Of a stretch of DNA of 64,000 nucleotides, positions 12,540 through 24,369 are shown one piece after another. Source of the stretch: Octopus sinensis (Eukaryota). Position 1 is the stretch's first letter. Every line of letters begins with the position of its first letter. Where the stretch lies: contig NC_043000.1 of assembly GCF_006345805.1 (NCBI RefSeq), forward strand, positions 26,164,001-26,228,000, read 5' to 3'. A program made the position numbers and the translations under genes. The notes under the pieces are model-generated. The model was not told the DNA's origin, searched no databases, and worked only from the letters and a program-made list of their open reading frames with translations.

Positions 12540-12725
12540 TAAATAATAAATCTCTGAGCGAGGTATACACAGTAGCTGCACGACATCGTGAAGTATATTT
12601 GCCACTTAATACTGATTGGGCACAGAAAGTGTGTCAATAGCCAGCTGGAAGAGGTGTCCTCCTGGAGCTACAAGCTACAGTAGCACCCACCTTAAGGGTT
12701 AGCCACATTTAAGTGGCTAATATAC
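12540..12725. mobile_element. TA-embedded cassette related to the 40650-40848 foldback
   Basis: Shares TAAATCTCWGAGCGAG, CATCGTGA..ATATTTGCCA and CTACAGTAGCACCCACC..AGGG.TTAGCCA with 40650-40848. Confidence 0.7.
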
Positions 12726-12860
12726 TATATTATATATATATATATATATTATATATATATATATATTATATTTTCAACAATTGAGGGCAAAATTAATTAA
12801 TTATTAATCAATTTCACCAAGTGTTCAGTATGCAAAGGACCATTCAAGCGAATTCAAATT

Positions 12861-13382
12861 ATTACATTATATAAAAGGGCTTAGTAAAATAAATTACTTT
12901 GCCGCATACTGAACTCATTAGAAATAGCAGCTAAAAAACTTTTTTAAGCTATTCTAATACTTAAAGAAAATCTCTCTCATATATAGTGTTTGCTTAATTC
13001 AACTCACAAAAGTTTGGGGGTAAGGACATCGAAAAATCAAATGCTAAGGTTATTTGAGAACGTACGTTTCAAGATTAGTCAAAAACAACACTTCTATCAT
13101 CAGCTCAGAAATTCCTTGGTTTGGATTTGGAAACACTGAAAATAAGAACATACCCTTTCGAAGATCTGCTCGTAACTAACAGTGCCAACAAATTCAAATA
13201 AGCAAGCGAAGAATCTCTGTTCTCCCCTTTCCACCAGCGTGGGTTAAAATCATCAAACACTATATATGAGAGAGATTTTCTTTAAGTATTAGAAATAGCT
13301 TTAAAAAAGTTTTTTAGCTGCTATTTCTAATGAGTTCAGTATGCGGCAAAGTAATTTATTTTACTAAGCCTTTTATATAATG

Positions 13383-13387
<5 letters not shown>
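12861..13387. mobile_element. Foldback element: about 130-bp inverted arms around a 260-bp core, inside (TA)n
   Basis: 12861-12992 is the near-exact reverse complement of 13254-13387. Confidence 0.85.
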
Positions 13388-13431
<44 letters not shown>

Positions 13432-13628
13432 AATTGGCCAAAAGTCACCTAATTTATTTATATTTAACAACTGAATGAATTTAATAAAAACATCTAAATA
13501 TGAAACATCATGAAAATTGTTCAAACTGAAGTCCTTCTTGAGCGACATACTTTTCCATTCAAGTCAATACAGAATTACGGATAGTATTTATGGAATTTTG
13601 ATTTACTGTCGGGTGACTTTTGACCAAG

Positions 13629-13671
<43 letters not shown>

Positions 13672-13672
13672 T

Positions 13673-13958
13673 GTGAAGGCACGTGGCTTAGGGTGTTGCA
13701 CTCACGATTGCGAGATCGTGGGTTCGATTCTCAGACCATGTATTGCGTTGTGTTCTTGAGCAAAGCACTTCATTTCACATTGCTCTGCAATCATTTCGGC
13801 GTCTGATATACAGTTGCACCTGTGCATATAATGTCGATTTGATGGAGGGAGTGAGCTTATGTCTACACAAACATTTGATCACTATAAATAAATGATGTGT
13901 GTTTGTTCAGTAAGAAATTGTCGAACCCTCATATGTCGTCTAACGACGAGAGAGTCCA
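13673..13958 (+). mobile_element. tRNA/CORE-type SINE (family C-related head, different tail)
   Basis: GTGAAGGCACGTGGC...GGTTCGATTC head followed by a CORE-like TTGAGCAAAGCACTTCATTTCACATTGCTC. Confidence 0.7.
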
Positions 13959-13969
13959 TTATATATATA

Positions 13970-14340
13970 TACTCTTTTACTCTTTTACTTGTTTCAGTCA
14001 TTTGACTGCGTCCATGCTGGAGCACCGCATTTAGTCGAGCGAATCGATTCCAGGACATATTCTTTGTAAGCCTAGTACTTATTCCATCGGTTTCTTTTGC
14101 CGAACCGCTAAGTTACGGGGACGTAAACACACCAGCATCGGTTGTCAAGCGATATTGGAGGGGCAATCACAGATACACAAACACACACACACATATACAT
14201 ACATATACATACATACGACGGGCTTCTTTCAGTTTCCGTCTACCAAATCCACTCACAAGGCTTTGGTCGGCCCGAGGCTATAGTAGAAGACACTTGCCCA
14301 AGGTGCTACGCAGTAGTACTGAACCCGGAGCCATGTGGTT
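13970..14340 (-). mobile_element. SINE family B, 5'-truncated
   Basis: Matches 9763-10190. Confidence 0.88.
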
Positions 14341-14349
14341 TGTGTATAT

Positions 14350-14573
14350 ATATATATTGTTTGTGTGCCTTTGTGTTTATGTTTGTTCTCCATCACCGCT
14401 TGACAACTGGTGTTGGTATGTTTACGTCCCTGTGAAATAAGTACCTATAGAATTCGTACTAGGCTAAAAAAAGAAGAGAAGTACAAGGGTCGATTCATTC
14501 GACTTAAAACTCTTCCAAGTGCTGCTCCAGCATGGCTGCAATCTAACGACTGAAACAAGTAAAGGCTAAAAGA
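14350..14573 (+). mobile_element. SINE family B, older 3' half
   Basis: CGCTTGACAAC..GTGTTGGT...CTCCAGCATGGCTGCA..GACTGAAACAAGTAAA. Confidence 0.75.
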
Positions 14574-14599
14574 TAATCTTGTTCACCCCTACTTGGTTA

Positions 14600-15700
14600 A
14601 ACTGATGAACAACATTACATTAACGATTGTCGTTGCTTCTTTTCCGTATATAAAGATTGCTGTATTTACACTCAGTAGTTATTTTGTTGATAATGTTTCA
14701 CCAAAAATCCTTGTGTTGAAATATGTAGATATACACAGCTTCACTATGGATTTTTTAATATTTGAGACAGTCCTTCTAGGATGTATATCGACGGAGAAAA
14801 CGAACGTTGATGTATACATTTTCAGTTTGAGAAGCACTGTATCCACCTTCAACTATTAAGTCAAATATATCTTGGCCGAATGCCATCAAGATATAGCTGA
14901 AAACATTCGTATTAAATCTGACTCTTAGGACTGGAGATATTTCCTGTGTAAATCTTTAGATCGCCAGCAAACAATTTATGGCTTTTATTTGGTGATCTTG
15001 TGTTGTAGGTCGCTGTGTCGTGGGCATTTGTTGAAGAAATAACTGGATTTACTGGACCAGGCTTAGAAAGACAAAATAAAAACAAAATAATAAATACCCA
15101 AGGAAAACATAAATACAAAGACTTTTTCCATGGAATAATCCTTTTAGAAGATCTTTAGTATCAAATATAAATAATAGTTGTGTTTTCAGTTTCAAGTGCA
15201 AAAAATGGTGACCAGGTGTTTTCCAGCCTTTCAAGGACAGCGGCTGCTCAGAACTTAATTTCAGTCTAACCATGATTGAAGAAAAGCATTGAGAGTCGAA
15301 CATCTTTTTGTAATGAAGCAACACACTCATAAAATTTGTGTTGTGCTCTATTCTATTATTTAAAAAACAATTCTTTTTCTTTAACCTCAGGCTGCATAGT
15401 TTTATTAATTAGTTCTTCAACATACCCACATTTCTTTTTACATACCGACTGATTAGTAAATATCTTGTTGGGCTCGTAATTATCTCAGAGATATTGATCC
15501 AAAAAACTTTAATAGAGCTTATACAGAATGTTCAAGCAAGCAATCAACCTAGAGGTTTTTTCCAACACGTAAGTATTTTGTAGTCTGGAAAACAAATTTC
15601 GTCTATTCTATGACACGGTATATAAATTTCATCAGCCAAAGTCTGATAAAATACACAGTTTGATAGTGATCTATAGAACATCAAACACATTGCACCAGGC
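14600..15700 (-). pseudogene. Heavily decayed LINE reverse transcriptase (CR1/L2-like)
   Basis: The minus-strand ORF has HKLFAGDLKIY, which corresponds to the KLFADDLKIY RT motif. Weak NYxP..SVCK and STTQIL-like upstream motifs lie in broken frames. Confidence 0.55.
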
Positions 15701-15739
15701 CAGGTAGTGAGGTTATCGTGCCTTGCTTCGGTTGAGATA

Positions 15740-16292
15740 AAATAATATAAATTTGATTAAATAATATAAATTTGTCCTATTGTATTGATTAAATAATATA
15801 TATATTTGTCCTATTGTATTGATTAAATAATATAAATTTGTCCTATTGTATTGATTAAATAATATATATTTGTCCTATTGTATTGATTAAATAATATAAA
15901 TTTGTCCTATTGTATTGATTAAATAATATATATTTGTTCTATTGTATTGATTAAATAATATAAATGTGTCCTATTGTATTGATTAAATAATATAAATTTG
16001 TCCTATTGTATTGATTAAATAATATAAATTTGTCCTATTGTATTGATTAAATAATATATATTTGTCCTATTGTATTGATTAAATAATATAAATTTGTCCT
16101 ATTGTATTGATTAAATAATATAAATTTGTCCTATTGTATTGATTAAATAATATAAATTTGTCCTATTGTATTGATTAAATAATATATATTTGTCCTAGTG
16201 TATTGATTAAATAATATATATTTGTCCTATTGTATTGATTAAATAATATAAATTTGCCCTTTTTTTTACAATAGGACAAATTTATATTATTT
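15740..16292. repeat. 32-bp AT-rich minisatellite (about 15 copies) ending in an inverted unit
   Basis: Unit TGTCCTATTGTATTGATTAAATAATATAAATT; 16268-16292 is the reverse complement of part of the unit. Confidence 0.92.
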
Positions 16293-17539
16293 CTACTCGC
16301 CGATTTTCGTTTAAATTATGCAAATTACTAAGGCCATAGATGTGTTCTAATATTTTTTTAAACAAATCTAAGTCCCTTGGCTACTGAAGACAGGGCCGGA
16401 AAAATTGTCGTGCTGATGACGGCTATTGAGGTAGAATTACCTGTTTACGACTGTCCTCTTAAATCTAGACAATATCAAAATCGTGTCCTTTTCCTTAATA
16501 GCATTTCAATTTTGAAGAATTCTCGTTTCTTGGTAGAATCTCCCCTTCTCAAGTGGAGCTCGTCTTGAATTGCCATTTGATAATTAAAATACATTATTTA
16601 GAGCTTCTATTTCTGACAGATCAAGAATGAGCTCGTTTGAGATAAAATGCTGTTGTTGTTGGTATTAATGTCGATATTATTATTTTGACATTTAGACCTT
16701 AGATCAGGCTTGATAGACCAAACCTCTGATCCAAAGTAATTCAACCATGACCATCCCGTCTTTTTAGCGGCATGTGCCACTACATTATCCAAAGTATATT
16801 TCCTTGTTTAAGATTGCAGGGTTGTCGTTATTGCTTAACCCTTATTTGACTCTGATCCTGTAGGCTAATGGTTAAAATGCTGTGATTATCCAGCGATAAT
16901 TTTTGTATTTCCAGACACGATGCCTCTTGAACCACACCATTCAATATGCCCTTTCTATTTCTAAGGGCATCAGGAGGTTTAGCTACTATATCTAGCAGCT
17001 TTATCCATCATCGATGATAGATGGAGTCAGTGCTTTTCTTCATGTAATTTCCTTTTCTGGATCCATTTCACTGGTTTTCGATGTCTGTTTTGAAAGCTAA
17101 CATATATTCACTCTCTGAAACAGTCACTTTATTTTTGGACAAAGAAAAACGTCTGCTATTGAAGCTACTTAGCTGTGAAATAGTTTAAGTTAGGAAGATT
17201 TCATTCTGGTGATTAATCAACCGTTTCATATAACCAAAAAGAAAGATTTTTTTGCGACATCATTTTTTGGCACATATATATAATATAAGATGACAATATA
17301 TTTTAGCTAGACCAGGTGAAATGATGGCTCTGAGGTCATGATGTCGTAAATGTTGTTGCTATTGTTGATATCAGTAGAAGCAACGATCGTGGTTACTGAA
17401 TTCCATAGAGAGAGAAATAGCTTTTATAATCTAATCTACTGAATAACATTATAAATTATTGAAGATGATACTTGAATACATTTTATTTAACAGTAATCTA
17501 GCAAACTACACTTATCCCTTTCATAATGGCACCACCACA

Positions 17540-17722
<183 letters not shown>

Positions 17723-17759
17723 CCGCCCACAACAAATGTAATACATAACAACAATACGG

Positions 17760-18045
17760 CACATTTATTTCACATCAATTGGCCCCACTCTCTTTAACAT
17801 TACACCAAAACACATTAAAGCAGTAACAGACCCCATAAAGTTCAAGAAATCTTTGGACAAATTCCTTAAAAAATCCCGGATAAACCTCCTACATTCGGAT
17901 ATGTCTCTGTAAAGAATAACTCTCTACTTGAGTGGGTCATGTTGTCCGATTTTTGATTTGAATTAGTTTCCCAGGTGGTGCTATTAAGTGAGACATGGCC
18001 TGGGCTAATTCTGGCTCGAAACCTATCAAAGTATTAAAGTATAAA
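17760..18045 (+). pseudogene. CR1-group LINE 3' end
   Basis: Translates (one frameshift) to FTSIGPTLFNITPKHIKAVTDPIKFKKSLDKFLKK-PDKPPTFGYVSVKNNSLLEW, the CR1-like C-terminus, followed by a short 3' UTR with an (AAAGTAT)-type tail. Confidence 0.75.
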
Positions 18046-18080
18046 AATAAAAAAGTATATATATATATATATATGTATAT

Positions 18081-18726
18081 CATAGACGTGCGATCTATGG
18101 AAGCAAGGGAAGCAATGCCTCCCTTGCTTCCATAGAAAAAACTATACAAACAAAATTGAAACTATATCATTTTTCGTTCTGTGAAATTAATAGAAACTAC
18201 ATGACATCATAAGCTTTAGACATTTATTGTCGGAATTAGCATGAGACGACAAACAGTGACAGACGACACCAAAAAATCTGTGCAAGGGAAGCAACACGAG
18301 TTGTTGCAGCCTTTTCTGTGTAATATTTTAACATTTTTCTGATAAAAATGCCACAAAGAGAATTTTTTTCTAGTAAGATGCCAATAAATACTTATACTCT
18401 TAGATTAAGTTTCTGTCAATTCGCAATACCTATGATATATATAAACTTACGTTGTTATATATCACTTACATAGGAAAAGAAAGCAAGTTGACATTCTGCT
18501 TCCATCAGAAAAATGGTGAAAAGATAACGCGCCCAGTTTTCTGCGTTTATTCAACTAATATTTTATACTTTTTCAAATTATAGAAGACCCTTAATATAAA
18601 ATGTGATTTTTTTTTAATTTTAAAAATAGCTGTATAATACCAACATGTTAATTTGATTCAAATATCTATGTGACAAAAAATTTGGGTCATTGCTTTCCCA
18701 GCCAGAAAGATCACTGCACGCCCCTT
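18081..18726. mobile_element. Non-autonomous hAT-like DNA element with subterminal palindrome
   Basis: Ends CATAGACGTGCGATCT / AGATCACTGCACGCCCCTT form an imperfect TIR. A perfect 17-bp stem pairs 18094-18110 with 18120-18136. Flanked by (TA)n. Confidence 0.6.
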
Positions 18727-18739
18727 ATATATATATATA

Positions 18740-19045
18740 TATAATATAAGTTAGAGATATTTGCACTATTATGCAATTCAAACAATGATTGACACAAACC
18801 AAAATATAAATAACAAATAAAATGTATTTTTATAGAACATATAACTAGATCACAAAAAGTATAAAAATGAATAAACAATATATAATAAAAAAACTACGTA
18901 CGTTTCATGGCTATAATTAAATTCGAATTACAATTAACTTTCTATCTCTAATTTATATTTTATATATCTATATTGTGAAATTTGATTTAATACTAAATTG
19001 AATTTTTCCCTGTAAGTTTGGAGTTATACTCCATAATATTATACA
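18740..19045. mobile_element. TA-embedded PLE-like terminus (family shared with 55237-55950)
   Basis: Shares TTAGAGATA..CACTATTA.GCAA and TTTTTCCCTGTAAGTTTGGA with 55237-55950. The minus strand carries GAAA-CGTACG-TA (hammerhead 3' half) at about 18894-18906. Confidence 0.6.
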
Positions 19046-19067
19046 TACATACATACATATATATATA

Positions 19068-19194
19068 TGACGAAGAGCTCCGCTTGAAACGTAAAACCCT
19101 CCTTCTTCCCTTCCTTCCTGAGCATCCACTAATACTATATTTGTTCCACGTCCTCGCGTTGTTATGTTTTCTCTTGGTCTTTTCATGTTTTGAT

Positions 19195-19200
<6 letters not shown>
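19068..19200 (+). mobile_element. PLE-like terminus with truncated minimal hammerhead
   Basis: TGACGA-A-GAGC-tcc-GCTT-GAAA-CGTA at 19068-19093. Ends TGATTAACTA(TA)n, like 56680-56940. Confidence 0.6.
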
Positions 19201-19292
<92 letters not shown>

Positions 19293-19344
19293 ATATATAT
19301 GTATGTATATAGGTATGTATATATGTATGTATGTATATATGTAT

Positions 19345-19542
19345 GTAGGCAGTGAAGAAATAAGAAACGTTAGCACGCCGGGTGAAATGATTAACGGTAT
19401 TTCGTCTATCTTTACGTTCTGAGTTCAAATTCTGCCGAGGTCGACTTTGCCTTTCATGCTTTCGGGGTCGATAAATTAAGTACCAGTCGCATATTGGGGT
19501 CGATCTAAAATTTCGGGCCTTGTACCTAGAGTAGAAAAGAAT
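19345..19542 (+). mobile_element. SINE family A (tail-to-internal junction type)
   Basis: AAGAAATAAGAAACGTTAGCACGCCGG... followed by the body and a TAGAAAAGAAT tail. Confidence 0.85.
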
Positions 19543-19973
19543 ATTGACATCAGCCAAATTTTATGATGTGATTTAATGGAAATTTGGTTGCCGTTTCTTG
19601 TAGAGATTTTTTAAACTGTTGCTGATAATATCGTAAGGGAAACGATCCAGACATACAAGGAGAACCGGTTAATGTTGTGAGGATCACTAAGATTAGAGTG
19701 TCTTCTGATCGAAATGTCAGTTCTAACAGACGATAATTTATCTATGGAAAATACGGAGAAATTATCCAAAAATAATTTAAACATTATACTACAATCAGTT
19801 GTCCCTATTCAAAATATAAAATAAAGATGCACAGAACTGTTTGCGGAAATAGAATCGCATATTCTTCGAAGCAAGCAGGCAGATTTCAGCATCAAAGTAA
19901 ATGGGTACACTTTACACCAAAGTGACGAAGCTCACTTCATCCATTCAAATTAGTAGCTGTAAAGTATCAGTAC

Positions 19974-20170
19974 AGGCGGCAAGCTGGCAGAATTATTAGC
20001 ACGTCGGGCAAAATGTTTAGTGGTTTTTTTTCTGGCTCTTTGTGTTCTGAGTTCAAATTCCGGCGAGGTCAACTTTATGCCTCATCCCTTCAAGGTCGAT
20101 GAAATGTGGTACCAGTTGATGTAATCGTCTTCTCCCTGCCCTTCAGACATTGCTGACCTTGTACTCTGAA
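19974..20170 (+). mobile_element. SINE family A, diverged
   Basis: AGGCGGCAAGCTGGCAGAA...GAGTTCAAATTCC...GTCGAT. Confidence 0.8.
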
Positions 20171-20521
20171 ACAGGCCGGCGTCCGGTTCAGAGAGAATAT
20201 TTTGATCACAGCCACTTATACGCTATAGAAACCAGACAACCGACCTTAAGAGCCATGGGGCTCAATAAAAATAATAAATGTAACTGTCACTATGTCATTT
20301 GTTTTGTTTTTATATTTAATTCGCTTGCAACATGAGAATTTTCGAAATTTAATTCTCGGCTGTATAAAGATTATCCCATGTTTTATTTATTTATCATTTA
20401 TCATAGTATATATCTTGAAATTATCCAGGCTATTATGATTTTAAAAAGACCTAATGTATACTAATATTAGTAGCAGATAGGGCAGCCAGCTGCCTAGAGT
20501 AGAAAAGATTAATAGCAAAAG

Positions 20522-20895
20522 TAAGGCGGCGAGCTGGCAGAATTGTTAGCCCGCTGGGCGAAATGCTTAGTGGTATTTCGTTTGTCTTTACGTTCTGAGT
20601 TAAAATCCCACCGAGGTCGACTTTGTCTTTCATCATTTCGGGGTCGATAAATTAAGTACCAGTTGCGTACTGGGGTTGATCTAATCTAAAATTTCCGGCC
20701 TTGTGCCTAGAGTAGAAAAGAATCGTTAGTACGCCTGGTTAAAGGTTTAGCGGCATTCAGTCCCTCTTTACATTCTGAGTTCAAATGCCTTCAAAGTCGA
20801 CTTTGCCTTTCATTCTTTCGGGGGTCGATAAAATAAGTACCAGTTGACTTTCCCTCTTCCTCGATTGCTGGCCATGTGCAGAAATTTGAAACCAG
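20522..20895 (+). mobile_element. Two tandem SINE family A copies
   Basis: The first copy 20522-20722 joins a second headless copy at AGAATCGTTAG. Confidence 0.85.
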
Positions 20896-21058
20896 TATTA
20901 CTAGCAATATTACTAAATTAAATGGATAAAGTTTTCAATTGTAACTATTAAACTGATTGTAAGATTTGATTGTAAGTATTAAACAGTTTATAAGCTTAAA
21001 TCCAAGAAATGTGGTTAGCCAGATTATGTCCTGTTGTGTAGTAAAAGTACACAATTAT

Positions 21059-21230
21059 AGGCGTAGGAGTGGCTGTGTGGTAAGTAGCTTGCTTACCAAC
21101 CACATGGTTCCGGGTTCAGTCCCACTGCGTGGCACCTTGGGCAAGTGTCTTCTACTATAGCCTCGGGCCGACCAAAGCCTTGTGAGTGGATTTGGTAGAC
21201 GGAAACTGAAATAAGCCCGTCGTATATATG

Positions 21231-21314
<84 letters not shown>

Positions 21315-21527
21315 GTGTGTGTATTATGTCTGTGTTTGTTCCCTTCCTCAACATCGCTTGACAATCATGGTGGTGTGTTTACGTCCCCGTAACTTAGCGG
21401 TTCGGCAAAAGAGAACGATAGAATACGTACTAGGCTTACAAAGAATTTGCCCTGGGATCGATTTGCTCGACTAAAGGCGGTGCTCCAGCATGGCCACGGT
21501 CAAATGACTGAAACAAGTAAAAGAGTA
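21059..21527 (+). mobile_element. SINE family B, full length
   Basis: tRNA-like head, CCTTGGGCAAGT CORE-like box, internal (TA)n, AAAAGAGT tail. Confidence 0.92.
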
Positions 21528-21546
21528 ATAAGATTAAGGCGATGGG

Positions 21547-21584
<38 letters not shown>

Positions 21585-21609
21585 AAGTAGCAGCAATAAT
21601 TATTATAAT

Positions 21610-22060
21610 AATAAGAAAATACCAGAAACACAAGAAAATTGCAAGTAGTCTCTTGTATATTTCAGCGAAAATATCACGGACAGTCATCATATATAAACCA
21701 GCCATCTCACCGTACATTCAACCAATCACAACTGCCAAGCTTACCAAACTGCAGATGGAGAAATTGATTCAATCTTTTATCAGGAAATCACAGATAAACA
21801 AACCCTGGCATGTACACAGATATATTCATATCTCTGGAAAAGAAAGCCATATACTGGAAAATATCAACTGTCTGGATGAAAAGTACATCGTTTAAGGTCA
21901 AATAGAAATTCTTATTGCAACAGAGCGGAATCAATGTTAGGCCATACAGTTTATCGTTAAAAACATCTCTGATATGAGCGGAAACATACAATCTGGGCTT
22001 TGTGGTTTGAATGCACGGAAAGTAGATCACATCATTGCTGCATGTCGAATATTATCCAAA
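21610..22060 (+). pseudogene. R4/Dong-like RLE non-LTR retrotransposon C-terminal remnant
   Basis: Broken frames give W.KSTSFKGQIEILIATE.NQ and GLCG..ARKVDHIIAAC.IL, resembling the EGLIIAAQDQ...CRLC...DHIISGC zinc-knuckle region. Confidence 0.6.
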
Positions 22061-22453
22061 ATAATGCAAGATTTATTTACAACTGGAGATATCAAGAACA
22101 TGGAGAATGAAAACATATGAGTATAAAACTTCACCTCCACACACTGGCACCCTCATGCACACACGCACACAAACACACACACATACATACGTATATAGAA
22201 ATATATACACACAGATATACACTTGCAATTACTGTGCTATTACATATCGTCTCATGGAGATATTTGCAATGTGATTATATGAATGTAACAACATAAGTAT
22301 ACACACACACGGATTTATACAGACTTTTATACTCACAAAAGCAAACAATGCGCCGTTGCATATCGCCTTGTACACATGCGCGTGCGCGCACACACATATA
22401 CACAAATGAATGGATGCTTGTATGTCTGGCTGTATATATGCATGTGTGTATGC

Positions 22454-23465
22454 ATGCATGTGTTTAAACTTTGTATGTTTAAAATAGAAATCAGTGTCTC
22501 ACACTTAAAGCAGAAACATCATTGAAAGCCTATGCATGTGTTTAATTTGTATGTTTAAAATAGAAATCAGTGTCTCACTTAAAGCAGAGAAACATCATGA
22601 AAGCCTATGCATGTGTTTAACTTTGTATGTTTAAAATAGAAATCAGTGTCTCACACTAAAGCAGAAACATCATTGAAAGCCTATGCAGTGTTTAACTTTG
22701 TATGTTTAAAATAGAATCAGTGTCTCACACTTAAGCAGAAACATCATTGAAAGCCTATGCATGTGTTAACTTTGTATGTTTAAAATAGAAATCAGTGTCT
22801 CACACTTAAAGCAGAAACATCATTGAAAGCCTATGCATGTGTTTAACTTTGTATGTTTAAAATAGAAATCAGTGTCTCACACTTAAAGCAGAACATCATT
22901 GAAAGCCTATGCATGTGTTTACTTTGTATGTTTAAAATAGAAATCATGTCTCACACTTAAAGCAGAAACATCATTGAAAGCCTATGCATGTGTTTAACTT
23001 TGTATGTTTAAAATAGAAATCAGTGTCTCACACTTAAGCAGAAACATCATTGAAAGCCTATGCATGTGTTTAACTTTGTATGTTTAAAATAGAAATCAGT
23101 GTCTCACACTTAAAGCAGAACATCATTGAAAGCCTATGCATGTGTTTAACTTTGTATGTTTAAAATAGAAATCAGTGTCTCACACTTAAGCAGAAACATC
23201 ATTGAAAGCCTATGCATGTTTTAACTTTGTATGTTTAAAATAGAAATCAGTGTCTCACACTTAAAGCAGAAACATCATTGAAAGCCTATGCATGTGTTTA
23301 ACTTTGTATGTTTAAAATAGAAATCAGTGTCTCACACTTAAAGCAGAAACATCATTGAAAGCCTATGCATGTGTTTAACTTTGTATGTTTAAAATAGAAA
23401 TCAGTGTCTCACACTTAAAGCAGAAACATCATTGAAAGCCTATGCATGTGTTTAACTTTGTATGT
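22454..23465. repeat. 77-bp satellite, about 13 tandem copies
   Basis: Unit ATGCATGTGTTTAACTTTGTATGTTTAAAATAGAAATCAGTGTCTCACACTTAAAGCAGAAACATCATTGAAAGCCT. A further partial unit lies at 23898-23955. Confidence 0.97.
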
Positions 23466-23466
23466 A

Positions 23467-23663
23467 TACTCTTTACTCTTTTACTCTTTTACTTGTTTCA
23501 GTCATTTGACAGCTGCCATGCTGGAGCACCGCCTTTAGTCGAGCAAATCGACCCCACGACTTATTCTTTGTAAGCCTAGTACTTATTCTATCGGTCTCTT
23601 TTGCCGAACCGCTAAGTCACGGGGACGTAAACACCCCAGCATCGGTTGCCAAGCGATGCTGGC

Positions 23664-23717
<54 letters not shown>

Positions 23718-23897
23718 ATATATATATATGTATACGACGGGTTTCTTTCAATTTCCGTCTACCAAAACTACTCACAAGGCTTTGGTCGGCTCGAGGCTAT
23801 AGTAGAAGACACTTACCCAAGGTTCCACGCAGTTGGACTGAAACCAGAACCATGTGGTTGGTAAGCAAGCTACTTACCACACACCCACTCCTGCGTC
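23467..23897 (-). mobile_element. SINE family B inserted in the last satellite unit
   Basis: Full family B match; the satellite unit resumes on the other side. Confidence 0.9.
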
Positions 23898-24369
23898 TAT
23901 GTTTAAAATAGAAATCAGTGTCTCACACTTAAAGCAGATACGTCATTGAAAGCCCAATACACTACGTACTCGTCTTGAGATAAGTACCTCTTATAAACGT
24001 ACAGTATTAAATCACATAAAAATATAAGAACAGAAAAGAAACACTCGGCAGCGGTGGTAGCATTGCTTGCTGCGTATTTCTACCTTTTAAGGCTTCGACT
24101 GTAGAAAGTATCCACTGGAAACTGTGTTATATATGTATGCGTGTACGTGTATGTGTGCTTTCTTTCGTATATGTACGTATGTGCGCGCGTTCATATGTGT
24201 ACGTGTGTGCGTATTTGTGTCGGTGTTGGTTTGTTTGTGTGGGTTTGAATAAGACCTTGTAACTGAGTTCTGCAAAAGAGAATGTTAGAATAAGTATAAG
24301 ATATCGAAAAATAAGTAATTCACTACTTATTTGCGGTGCTCCAGCATGAGCGCAGTTCAATGATTAAAG

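Noticed and set aside
22454-23465. CRISPR-like array
   Set aside because: The units are contiguous near-identical 77-mers with no unique spacers, there are no cas genes, and the context is eukaryotic.
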